This document shows positions 9,712 to 20,006 of a stretch of DNA of 64,000 nt, piece by piece (position 1 is the stretch's first letter; each line of letters begins with the position of its first letter). The position numbers and the translations under genes were made by a program. The DNA is taken from the NCBI GenBank assembly GCA_973895155.1, contig OZ316895.1:7800184-7864183 (forward strand), given 5' to 3'. The notes under the pieces were generated by a model. It saw only the letters and a list, made by a program, of their open reading frames with translations, was not told where the DNA came from and searched no databases. This stretch comes from Marsupella aquatica (Eukaryota; Plantae; Marchantiophyta).

Positions 9712-12700
9712 AGTTTTTTCAGTTCTTACTCTGTTTCAAACGGTTCAGTTCTGATGGGAAATGATCACTCCTGTCAAATTGAGGGAATTGGGTCTGTGAA
9801 GATTCAAATGTTTGATGGCGCTGTGCGCACAGTGTCCGGAGTCAGGTATGTACCTGGCATGCGTAAGAATCTGATTTCACTCGGTGTGTTGGATTCAAAT
9901 GGTCATCAATGGAGCGTTATTGATGGTGAACTTCAAGTCAGGTCGGGAGAGACAGTGATTTTGAAGGGGAGTAGACAAAAGAATTTGTATGTGTTACAGG
10001 GCAATACTGTATGTGGAGAGGCCAATGTAACCAAGTCTCACGAGGAGATGACTCAACTGTGGCATTCACGGCTAGGCCACATGAGTGAGAAGGGTTTGGC
10101 TATCTTACGGAAGAATGGACTCATTTCTGATTTGCAATCTTGTAAATTAGAGTTTTGTGAGCATTGCATTCTTGGAAAGCAGCATCGTCGTGCTTTTGGT
10201 GTTGGAACTCATCGTTCCAAAGCGGTTCTTGAGTACATACATAGTGACGTGTGGGGTCCATCCCCGACTCCCTCACACTCTGGAAAGTTGTACTATGTAT
10301 CATTTATTGATGATTACTCAAGATTTGTGTGGATTTATTTCATGACGCATAAGTCTGATGTCTTGTCCATTTTTAAGAAATGGAAGGCCCAGGTGGAGAA
10401 TCAGACTGGAAACACGATCAAGTGTTTGGATACAAGGGTGAAGAGTTTGAGGTCAGACAACGGCGGGGAGTACACTTCAATGGAATTTGAAGAGTACTGT
10501 TCAGAACAGGGGATAACTCGCCATCTCACCACAGTTTATACTCCGCAGCAGAATGGTGTCGCTGAGAGGCTCAATCGGACACTGTTGGAGCGGTCACGGA
10601 GTATGTTGAGCCAATCAGGTTTACCACAAGAATTTTGGGCAGAAGCTGTCAATACCGCAGCTTATTTGGTAAATCTTTCTCCTTCTAGTGCTATCAATTT
10701 CAAAACGCCGTTTGAGATGCGCTATAAGCGGCAAGCAGACTATCATGGCTTGGTAATTTTTGGAAGTGATGCATATGCTCTCACACCAAAGCAGAATAGG
10801 ACCAAGTTGGATCCTACCTCCAGGAAATGTATTTTTCTTGGGTACCAGAGTGGTGTGAAAGCCTATAGGCTATGGGATCCTATTGCCTGTAAGCTCGTTG
10901 TCAGTAGGGATGTTTCCTTCAATGAATCCAGATTATTGAAGGAGGGGGAGAATACTCAGGTCTCCCGTACTGACAAAAGAAAATCTCCTATCCCGGATCT
11001 CGTTGAGGGGGAGATTGGTTATGAGGTGCATGACCGGAGAGAAGGAGTTGCTCCAATTATGGAGCTGGTTCCTGTGCCAGAGGAACCAGAGGAGTTTGTT
11101 GATGCTGGTGAGCAGCAAGTGGATGCTGTTGAGCTTCAAATTGTACCAGCACACGCAGATCAACCGGAGTCATCGGCTAGAAGAACATCTGGTCGCACTG
11201 TACGCGCTCCATCAAGGTATGGACAGTGGGTTGATTCATCTCAACTGCAAGAGGATGATTTTACAGCTGATGATGAGGGTGATGCGTTAATTTTGGAAGA
11301 AGGAGAACCTTCTTCATTTCATGAGGCAAGTGCTTCAAAGGAGAAGCAAAAGTGGACTGCAGCAATGCAAACAGAGATGCAGTCACTAAAGGACAACAAA
11401 ACTTGGGAGCTTGTTAAGCTGCCTAAGGGTCAGCAAGTGGTGGACAGCAAGTGGATTTACAAGCTGAAGGATAATTCCATAGGAGGTGGATCGAAGGTCT
11501 ACAAGGCTAGATTGGTAGCAAAGGGATTCACACAAGAGAAAGGTGTGGATTACAATGAGGTCTTCTCACCAGTTGCTAAGTACTCTACAATACGACTATT
11601 GTGTGTACTTGTTGTAATGTTTGGTCTGCTCCTAGATCAGATGGATGTTGTCACAGCTTTCCTCTATGGCACATTGGAAGAGGTGATCTTCATGAGACAA
11701 CCGCTAGGTTTTGTGAAGAGAGGACAGGAGGAATTGGTTTGCAGATTGCTGAAATCCTTGTATGGGTTGAAGCAGTCACCAAGACAGTGGAACAAGCGGT
11801 TTGACGATTGGATTCGGTCACAAGGTTTTCACAGAAGTGTATTTGACCCTTGTGTGTATTTGAAACCGGTGAAGAATGTTGTCTTTGGGTTCATTGTTTT
11901 AGTACTTTATGTGGATGACATGCTAATTGCAGCCAAGGATAGGTCTGAGATTGTTAAGCTCAAGGCACTGCTTAGTGCAGAGTTTAAGATGAAGGACTTA
12001 GGGCCAGCTAAGAGGATTTTGGGTATGGAGATCACTAGGGACTTGGAGGCTGGCAAGCTATGGTTGACGCAGAGCAGTTATGCGAGGAAGGTAATTGCAA
12101 GGTTCAACATGGAGAATAGCAAGCCAGTAAGTACCCCGTTGGCTCCACACTTCAAGTTATCATCAGCGTTCTGTCCTACGGATGACACAGAGAAGGGGTT
12201 GATGTCAAAGGTTCCATATGACAAGGCAGTGGGGAGTCTCATGTATTTGATGACTTGCACTAGACCTGATCTTGCCATGGCTATGGGCAAGGTGAGCAGG
12301 TACATGTCGAATCCAGGGAAGGTACACTGGGAAGCAGTGAAGTGGATTATCAGGTACTTGAAGGGTACCGTGGATCATGGTCTTTTATTTGATGCGAATG
12401 CAAAGAATGCTAGATCATTGATTGGCTATGTAGATTCTGACTATGGACAAGATTTGGACCGAAGGAGATCAACAACAGGATACGTGTTCACACTTGGCGG
12501 TGGATGCATAAGTTGGAGGTCTACTTTGCAGAAGTGTATTGCTCAGTCTACTACAGAAGCGGAGTATGTTGCAGCTGCGGAAGCAGCAAAGGAAGCGATT
12601 TGGTTGGATAGACTTATCACTGAAATGGGATTGCCACAGGGGAATGTGAAGCTCCATTGTGATAGTCAAAGTGCGCTCCACCTTGCTGTGAACCAGGTGA

Positions 12701-12891
12701 TGGACAGCAGAGTGAAGCACATTGACGTCAGGTACCATTTTATCAGGCAGGCTGTGTCTGATAAATTGTTTGAGCTAGTCAAGATTGATGGTAAACTCAA
12801 CCCGGCTGACGCATTTACCAAAGTGATTCCTTTGGAGAGTTTCTCTAGACACCGTGACGTATTGCAGGTTTTGCAATTGCATCACAAGTAG
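9712..12891 (+). CDS. pol: Copia Pol (C-terminal part of protease, GAG-pre-integrase, integrase, RT, RNase H); start not resolved
   Basis: VRYVPGMRKNLISLG, LWHSRLGHMS..CEHC, HSDVWGP, RSDNGGEY, QQNGVAER, YKARLVAKGF, LYVDDMLI, YVDSDY, KHIDVRYHFIR, NPADAFTK; open to TAG at 12891. Confidence 0.93.
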   Translation, partial: SFFSSYSVSNGSVLMGNDHSCQIEGIGSVKIQMFDGAVRTVSGVRYVPGMRKNLISLGVLDSNGHQWSVIDGELQVRSGETVILKGSRQKNLYVLQGNTVCGEANVTKSHEEMTQLWHSRLGHMSEKGLAILRKNGLISDLQSCKLEFCEHCILGKQHRRAFGVGTHRSKAVLEYIHSDVWGPSPTPSHSGKLYYVSFIDDYSRFVWIYFMTHKSDVLSIFKKWKAQVENQTGNTIKCLDTRVKSLRSDNGGEYTSMEFEEYCSEQGITRHLTTVYTPQQNGVAERLNRTLLERSRSMLSQSGLPQEFWAEAVNTAAYLVNLSPSSAINFKTPFEMRYKRQADYHGLVIFGSDAYALTPKQNRTKLDPTSRKCIFLGYQSGVKAYRLWDPIACKLVVSRDVSFNESRLLKEGENTQVSRTDKRKSPIPDLVEGEIGYEVHDRREGVAPIMELVPVPEEPEEFVDAGEQQVDAVELQIVPAHADQPESSARRTSGRTVRAPSRYGQWVDSSQLQEDDFTADDEGDALILEEGEPSSFHEASASKEKQKWTAAMQTEMQSLKDNKTWELVKLPKGQQVVDSKWIYKLKDNSIGGGSKVYKARLVAKGFTQEKGVDYNEVFSPVAKYSTIRLLCVLVVMFGLLLDQMDVVTAFLYGTLEEVIFMRQPLGFVKRGQEELVCRLLKSLYGLKQSPRQWNKRFDDWIRSQGFHRSVFDPCVYLKPVKNVVFGFIVLVLYVDDMLIAAKDRSEIVKLKALLSAEFKMKDLGPAKRILGMEITRDLEAGKLWLTQSSYARKVIARFNMENSKPVSTPLAPHFKLSSAFCPTDDTEKGLMSKVPYDKAVGSLMYLMTCTRPDLAMAMGKVSRYMSNPGKVHWEAVKWIIRYLKGTVDHGLLFDANAKNARSLIGYVDSDYGQDLDRRRSTTGYVFTLGGGCISWRSTLQKCIAQSTTEAEYVAAAEAAKEAIWLDRLITEMGLPQGNVKLHCDSQSALHLAVNQVMDSRVKHIDVRYHFIRQAVSDKLFELVKIDGKLNPADAFTKVIPLESFSRHRDVLQVLQLHHK

Positions 12892-13071
12892 AGTTTTCTT
12901 AAACATTCATTGTAATTACTGATATATGCTCTTCCTCATTCCTATGTATTAGGCTACGGCTTAGTTCTGGTTTGCTCTAGTTAGAGAGGGAAACCGGTTT
13001 GGTTTCTGTCCAGAACTTCCCGCTGAGGGATCATATACATTGGCAGTATTACTCTCCCCTAGACCAGAGTC

Positions 13072-13081
13072 AAGGGGAAGA
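13072..13081 (+). other. Polypurine tract
   Basis: AAGGGGAAGA immediately before the 3' LTR. Confidence 0.85.
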
Positions 13082-13082
13082 T

Positions 13083-13485
13083 TGTTGGGTATTTACTCTT
13101 ACGTCTAGGTTAGGTATGACGTGGTTGGTACAACAATGTGGGTTGGTACAACTATGTGGTTAGGTACAACTACGTGATTAGGTACAACTATGTGGTTAGG
13201 TACAACTATGTGGTTAGGTACAACTAAGTTGCACACTATATCATAAGAGGCATGTGTGCTTGGAGAGGTAGAACCAAGGCTCATTGTTATGGAGCCACTT
13301 GAGAGATAGGGAGAGCTTACACTGTGGAGACTCGGTATAGCCGACGGGCTTAGAGTTCAGTAAAGCTCTCTTGTGTGTTCCCGTGGACGTAGCCTCAAGG
13401 AGGTGAACCACGTATCTCTTGTGTCGACTATTGTGCGTTGGATGGTTCATGGGCTTGCCGTTGCGATCGTCGTCTATGCTCAACA
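13083..13485 (+). repeat. 3' LTR (403 bp)
   Basis: Copy of 7026-7428 at offset 6057; the identical antisense ORFs 7184-7429 and 13241-13486 agree. Confidence 0.97.
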
Positions 13486-15235
13486 AAAAGAACCAAAGTA
13501 ATGCAAATAAAGGATTCCCTAATTAAAAAGAAAAGTGCTTGGACCTGTTATCGCAACACCACCTAACACCCACTTAACTGGTTATAAGTGAACTTTTATG
13601 AAAAAGAGAAATGCTTAAGGCCAAGTAGCAAGATACAAAGCACGTCTTGTAGCAAAATGATACACACAAATACCTGGGTGTGATTTTAATTTAACGTACG
13701 CCCCAGTCATGGATACAATCACCTATAGGTACCTAGTTGGCTATTCACTAGGCCATAGGTTAATAATGCACGAAATGGATGTAGTAATTATGACATACTT
13801 ACATGGATTATTGGATACTCTTATTTACATGAAAACACCCCTCAGTGCTTATCAGTCAAAATATCTATCATATTCAAGGGGAGCATATACTCAATAGAAA
13901 ACCTCACAACACATATACTTTTACCTCATATACCACTAAGAGGTCACCCCTAGGAGAGAAGCAGGGGCAAGGACCTATAGTCCTTAATACGCACAAACCC
14001 AAGAGTGGGCCTATTGTCCATCTAGGGCAAGGACCTATAGTCCCCACTGTGCAACAATCCATACCTTTGAATAAGGATGGATATGGTGTCCAGATCAATA
14101 AATCAATGTATGGATTAAAACAAAGTGGTAGAATATGGTATCAAAAATTAAAGAAGAGATATTAGTTATATATGGGTTTCACTAATAAAGATATAAAGCC
14201 ATGTTTATTCATCAAAAGAAATGATACTGAATTTATAATCATTGCAATATATGTTGATGACATAAACCTATTTGGACATCCCAAACTGATTAAACAAACT
14301 ATAGAAATGCTAAAACAAATATTTGAAATGAAGGATTTAGGCCAAACCCATTATTGTTTGGGTAACAAATTTGAATATTTAGTTGATGGAATATTCTTAT
14401 ATCAAAGCACTTACACTCAGAAAATCCTTAAACAATTTAATATGGATAAAACTCATCAACTTACTTCTCCTATGGATATCAGATCTCTAGATAGAGACAA
14501 AAATATATTTAAGAAACCAAACAAAAATGAACCTTTACTTGGCCTTTGAAAAACTTTATTTATCAGCAATTGGAGCTCTGTTGTTTCTAGCCAACCAAAC
14601 TAGACCTATATATCATTTGCCGTTTATTGGCTAGACATAGTGCACAACCTACTATACATCATTGGAACAACATTAAAAGAATACTACGCTATCTTAAAGG
14701 CACTGCTGACATGGGGTAATATTTCCCTAATAATACTAACCAGACTTTAATCGGTTATGCAAACGTTGGATATCTCTCAGGTCCAGATGACACTAAGTCA
14801 CAAACTAGTAATGTATTTTTGTATGATGCTAGCACAACAATTTCAGGAAAAATACTAATCAAACATTAACTTATTTAAATCATGCTCAGATCATTGCAAT
14901 ATAAGGTTAAAACTGGTAAGCCACATTGAATATTAATGTGATCAATCATCCTACTCAACCATATGCATTCTCTACTTGTATATGGTTCTCTAAGAGCAAA
15001 TGGTTGAGGATGATAATTGATCACATTGATAGTCAATGTGACTTACCAGTTTTAACCCAACCCATTTTATTGTTCAAAGACAATCATGCATGTGTCAAAA
15101 AGATTCATCAAAGGAGACTGGATCAAACACATAGCTCCAAAGTTCTTCTTCACCCATGAGCAACAAGGAGACACCTTGCCAGTGAAGGCCATTGCTGGAA
15201 AGACAACCATGCGAATTTATTTACTAAAACTTTGA
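13486..15235 (+). mobile_element. Decayed Bianca-like copia: RT + RNase H remnant (right part); no 3' LTR seen
   Basis: RYKARLVAK, YAPVMDTITYRYL, KSMYGLKQSGRIWY, IIAIYVDDINLFG, FEMKDLGQTHYCLG, KHIAPKFFFTHEQ, NLFTKTL with stops and frameshifts. Confidence 0.88.
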
Positions 15236-15500
15236 CTCAACATAAACAAAGTACTTAAATGTTCTTCATCAATTAACATACTTGACAGAACACAAAAACC
15301 TACATGACCTAGATTTATTTAATAAAGCTTTGACTCAACATAAACAAAGTACTTAAATGCCGGGAACTTAACCTTACCCAAACGGTACTTCATCAATTAA
15401 CGTACTTGACAGAACAAACCTACATGACCTATTCAACTAACTCCTGGCAACGAATACAACCCATATGACCTACGTCTCTGGAGCTATTTCCAGATGTCGG

Positions 15501-16571
15501 TCAGAGCTCAATAGGGCACATGGCAAACGAGCAGCTATCACTAAAGGTGAAAGGGTGCAGAAATTCCTGCCACTCGATCTCTCTCCTCTGCGTTCCAAAC
15601 CCTGTGCTTGCCAGGAGAGAATACCCACTAATGCTAATGAATCTCGCGTTGAGGTTCCACTGTGCTAGTGCTAATAGCTCGTTGTCCAGGGGGACGATAA
15701 CCAAATACTTAATCGTGAAAAGAGGGTCGCCCCTCCTCCACTGTCGAAATTCGGATATCATTTCACTTGCAAATCCTTCGCATGACCCCGAATGCTGAAG
15801 TGCCCATGATTTGGTTTCAGTATCGTAGACCTCAATCTGATGGTTTGGGCCAGGAATCATGTGATAGAATTTTCCTTCAACCATGAATTCGGGAATGACA
15901 AGGGATGCAGCAATATCGCCCAAAGTATAAACCCAACCAGTGTAAATCGTTTCGCGGTCACGTTCAGATTCCTCTTGCAGTTCCTGTTCGACTGAATAAT
16001 ACGCGAATTCCTCATCTCCTGATTTGAAGCCACGAGAACCTTTGTGTTGTGGATCTTGAATATTCTTGCATGCTTTCCACTGCTGCTGTCCAGCTACGTC
16101 AAACACATATGCAGGAATGCTCTGATTGCCAATGCATGCGCTGTATTCTGGGAGCAACTTCTCAGAGCAATCGATACATTTGCATCGACTATCAGTTAGG
16201 ACAGCGAACAATTTACCATCGCAAGAAACTAGATCGGAGAGTCGTGAGTTGGCTGGAAGAAGTGGAAGTGGAGGTAGTTGATAAAACATACGCTCTCTCA
16301 TGGAATAGAGTGAGAATTCATGCTTGAGAAACGTTGTGTCATTCTCAGCATGGTGTTTAACAACGACGAGCCTCTCTGTTGAATGAGTTCGAACTCTCTC
16401 ACGGTAGACCTCGCGACTTTGAATTGCCCTTTGCCAGTTCAGGCTTACTGAAGATAGTACGTAAAATGCACTCCATGGCAGCTTTCCAACGATTAGGGGG
16501 CTCAACGTAACATCATTAGGGATGCCTGGCAGGAGTTCCTCCAAGAAAGACGCCGGTTGCTGAGATGCCAT
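15501..16571 (-). CDS. Intronless F-box protein (kelch-derived C-terminus), 356 aa
   Basis: N-terminal ELLPGIPNDVTL..IVGKLPW..LSSVSLNWQRAIQS F-box of the F-box/kelch type; LPPLP, DGKLF, VEGKFY..IEVYDTETKSW degenerate kelch-like blades. Confidence 0.8.
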   Translation of the reverse strand: MASQQPASFLEELLPGIPNDVTLSPLIVGKLPWSAFYVLSSVSLNWQRAIQSREVYRERVRTHSTERLVVVKHHAENDTTFLKHEFSLYSMRERMFYQLPPLPLLPANSRLSDLVSCDGKLFAVLTDSRCKCIDCSEKLLPEYSACIGNQSIPAYVFDVAGQQQWKACKNIQDPQHKGSRGFKSGDEEFAYYSVEQELQEESERDRETIYTGWVYTLGDIAASLVIPEFMVEGKFYHMIPGPNHQIEVYDTETKSWALQHSGSCEGFASEMISEFRQWRRGDPLFTIKYLVIVPLDNELLALAQWNLNARFISISGYSLLASTGFGTQRREIEWQEFLHPFTFSDSCSFAMCPIEL

Positions 16572-19500
16572 TTGAAAACGTCACGACTTGGAAGGAACCT
16601 GGACCGGGGCCAACATCAAGAGACTTGATCAGAATTTCAGCCAGGTTTATAGGTTGAACTAAAAGCGATACACAACTGAATCTCTTTCCTTCTTTTACAT
16701 ATCGTTGAGCATGGGTGTCTTTAACAATGAAAAGGTCGGAAACACACTTAAGTTAAGAACAAGAGACTGGTGACAGTGAAGTGAGGTGAGGGTAAAGGAA
16801 ATGCCAACACAGTCAAAACTACAAAAAATGAACTCGAGCAGACCACGCACCTCAAGATTTTGCGGTTACCTACAAACTGGTATTTGAAAAGGGAGGCGTT
16901 GGTCGCCCAGCTCCAGAGCTAAAGGGATTGAACAGGGAATTTCAAATGGGTGAGCACGTACTGTAAACGCCGGTGGTTGGCGGAATGGATGTACAAGCAT
17001 AATAGGATTGAAGTGCAGCTGAATATTATTCAGTAGATCGAGTGAATGCAGACACGAACCAAAAAACGAAGAAAATGAAGGCGGGAACAGAAAAATGACA
17101 GCGATGGCAGTAAGACACTCGGAAACTTATGTATTCGATTAATTAATCAAAAGAGAAACTTAGAAACGAAGCACCTGAAACAACTATTTGGGAGCCCTAA
17201 TCTTAGAAAATGAAATTCGTGGTCCTTTGAGTGTCAACCTGTAGGTCTTGCTGGTCAATTCACTGAGTAACGCGTCTCCGATCTTTTTGTGCTTGCAAGG
17301 TTCGAAGAGAGGAGAGTAAAGAGGAATCAACCGGGAGGTCCTTATATATACTTCGGTTAGCACATTGGAAAGGAAACTTCTCGAAAAAAAGACTGACTGA
17401 CTACGGACATGAATTGTGACTGATGAATGTACGTAGACCAACATTACCATCTAAACTGACAAGGAGCTTCACAGAGTATCTTCCCCGACTCTCCTATAGG
17501 TGGCAAGTGTCCGCTCGTTGAACTCAAAGCTTGTTCTGGTAGCTTACTCCTAGTCGTCATTATGTACGTACATGGTGAGCGTTGTTGGCAATGAATTCGA
17601 GTTCGCAGTTCGCAGATTGTTGGCGACAGTAACAAGCAATCTGACTATATATTGCAAAAATTTGGTGTTATGTCGCGAAGATCACATTTCGGGAACGAGA
17701 GACTCGTCGATCAAATTTCAAGGATATAGCCATCTATGGACCGTAGCTTGATTTACTGGGTTGTAAGAGCTTAGCTACTGTAGCTGGGAAACTTTGTGCC
17801 GTCTGGGGTTTGATCAAACTGCTAAGATCGCGCAGCTAGAACGTTGAAGCTTCAAAATCAATAGTTATTTCTTGGTGAGAATGTGCTACAATCCTGTATT
17901 CGGAACAAATGTATATGCACAAGAGTCTTTTGGTACTGCTGCTAGGCAGCTTTGGAGCGTCTTCGGATGAAATGATCGAAACTAGCATTCAATCTGTTCT
18001 CGATAAATGAGAGCTTTATCTCGACTTAGGTACTTTTCGAAGTTTGAAGTCGCGCCAAAAGTATCTGCTTGTTGCATGCCGGGTTGCATGAAAATTCTCC
18101 CACCAACGCAACAACTCTCGGTCCGTCATGGATTGCCTTTGTTGTCAGAAAGAAGGATCTCAAAAGACATCGCGATCTGCTGCAATCGTCGTAACCTATT
18201 TTCTGGTGCAGATTACAGGTCGTGGAAGTAGGTGGTTCAGAATTTAATTTTACCGATGAGAAAACGCCGTGCAGGTTGAAATGCATGTCGGTGCAGGTTG
18301 AAATGCATGTTTTATAGAAAACCCAGAGTTATACTAGCTGGGAGGTTCTAATTCAATATAGCCTGCTGCTTGAGTTGTCTACAATAGGAAGAGAGTGGGA
18401 CCTGCACACACTGGAACTCATAAATACCAGCAGTGAGAGAGAATTCAATCGAAGGAGAGCTGGTTCACCGATTTCATGAGAGTGAGTTCTCTTTCGTAGC
18501 TGAGGTTGAGCCTGATATAGGTGCCTTTACTTTGTCGAACTCTTGCCACCGACCACAGCATGATATAAAGTGTTCACATATGAAAATTAGGTGTTCCAAA
18601 ATGAAAATCAGAATAACTACATATCCTCGCCTAGGTAGCTCCTACGAAAAATAAATAAAAAATCGTTTGGATAAGTTGGTTAGGTGTTAGAGGTGCTATA
18701 CTCTAACGCAATTGCAATATATAAATGCCAGTAGCAGTAGCATAAGGTGTACTGTGCTACTTGGCAAGTGTTCGCCGAGTAGTTCAACCTGTTTTATTTT
18801 ACTTATCACTGACTATTGTTACGGCTTCGAGGTGCATGTGTCCAAACGTTGAACGACTTTGGCTTTTGACCACGCCCCTCCCAACAACGCGAAGGCATAC
18901 ACAATCGTGCATGACAGATAGAAACAAAGGAACTATGTCAAGTGCGCCAAGTGAACCAAATCTCGTTCGGGGTCTGCAGTGCTTTCGCATTTCAATCTTA
19001 ATTATTAAACAAACTCGTTCGCAACTTTTTTTAATTTTGTCTTGAACGGAAATGAGGAAGTGCACCTTAGTAGACTCTCCCCACCCGAACAGTGACATGC
19101 ATTCGTTCGGAAACTTTCGAGTCCAGTTTCTCGAGTGAACAAAGCAAAAAGGCCAGCTGAATGAAACAGAGGATGAGCTCACGAAGGTCTGTCATTCACG
19201 TTGACTGTTCTACATCTCGTCATCAGCCCGCGAGCATGGTTGTCTTCTTTGGGGGGTCATCTTGTAATGATTTTTACACGCCTAGTTTCATGGATCTACA
19301 GCATGGTCAATAGTAGCGCAAAGTGAGAACCTGCCCCATGTCAACCTGATTCCGCCAAACGCCCTCTTGATATTTAAAGTAACTTTTCGTTGGGACACAT
19401 ACACATTACATTTCGATCTTTACACATATTCGTCGACTCTAAACGACGTAAACTGAAAAAAAAACACCGTAAAATTCGACGCAGCACAGATGAAGGCCTG

Positions 19501-20006
19501 AGACATGTTTTATCCCTCTCATCAACTTAGTATCCGTAGACTTTTTCTCTGCATCTATGATGCTCTAGGCAACCTCATGCTTGCAGATTCGCTACCTTGC
19601 AGATGGAGTGAATCTTCACCGAAATTCACTTGAAAAACAGTTTTATTTGAGCACCGAGCCCATCTACTCTATTCCCAGCATGACGTGTGCAACAGTGAAA
19701 GTCTCATCAACAAGTTGCTCTCTTCAAAAGAGCACAAAACTGAAAAGAGGAAGAGGAACTTGGGTCGTAGTTTCGTTAGAGGCATAAATAACAGGCTGCA
19801 GGTGGAAAGTAGATGGGTGTACTATTCTCAAGCAGATATAAGGTGTATTCTCTTTGAGGAGGTGCAGAATCCTGTAGCCTACCTTCACCGTCATTTCTTT
19901 GCATTGTACTTTTTTTTTTGGTGGACCTCCTTTTACTTTTATGGTCCCGGAGCTTATAATATATTAGCATACCATACTTTGATCCTTCTCAACTCCAGGT
20001 TATAGG

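Larger units (their letters stand above)
7026..13485 (+). mobile_element. Full-length young Ty1/copia LTR retrotransposon (Tork/Tnt1-like), 6460 bp, 5-bp TSD AAAAG
   Basis: TG...CA 403-bp LTRs, TSD AAAAG at 7021-7025 and 13486-13490, PBS, PPT, gag followed by PR-INT-RT-RH order. Confidence 0.97.
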
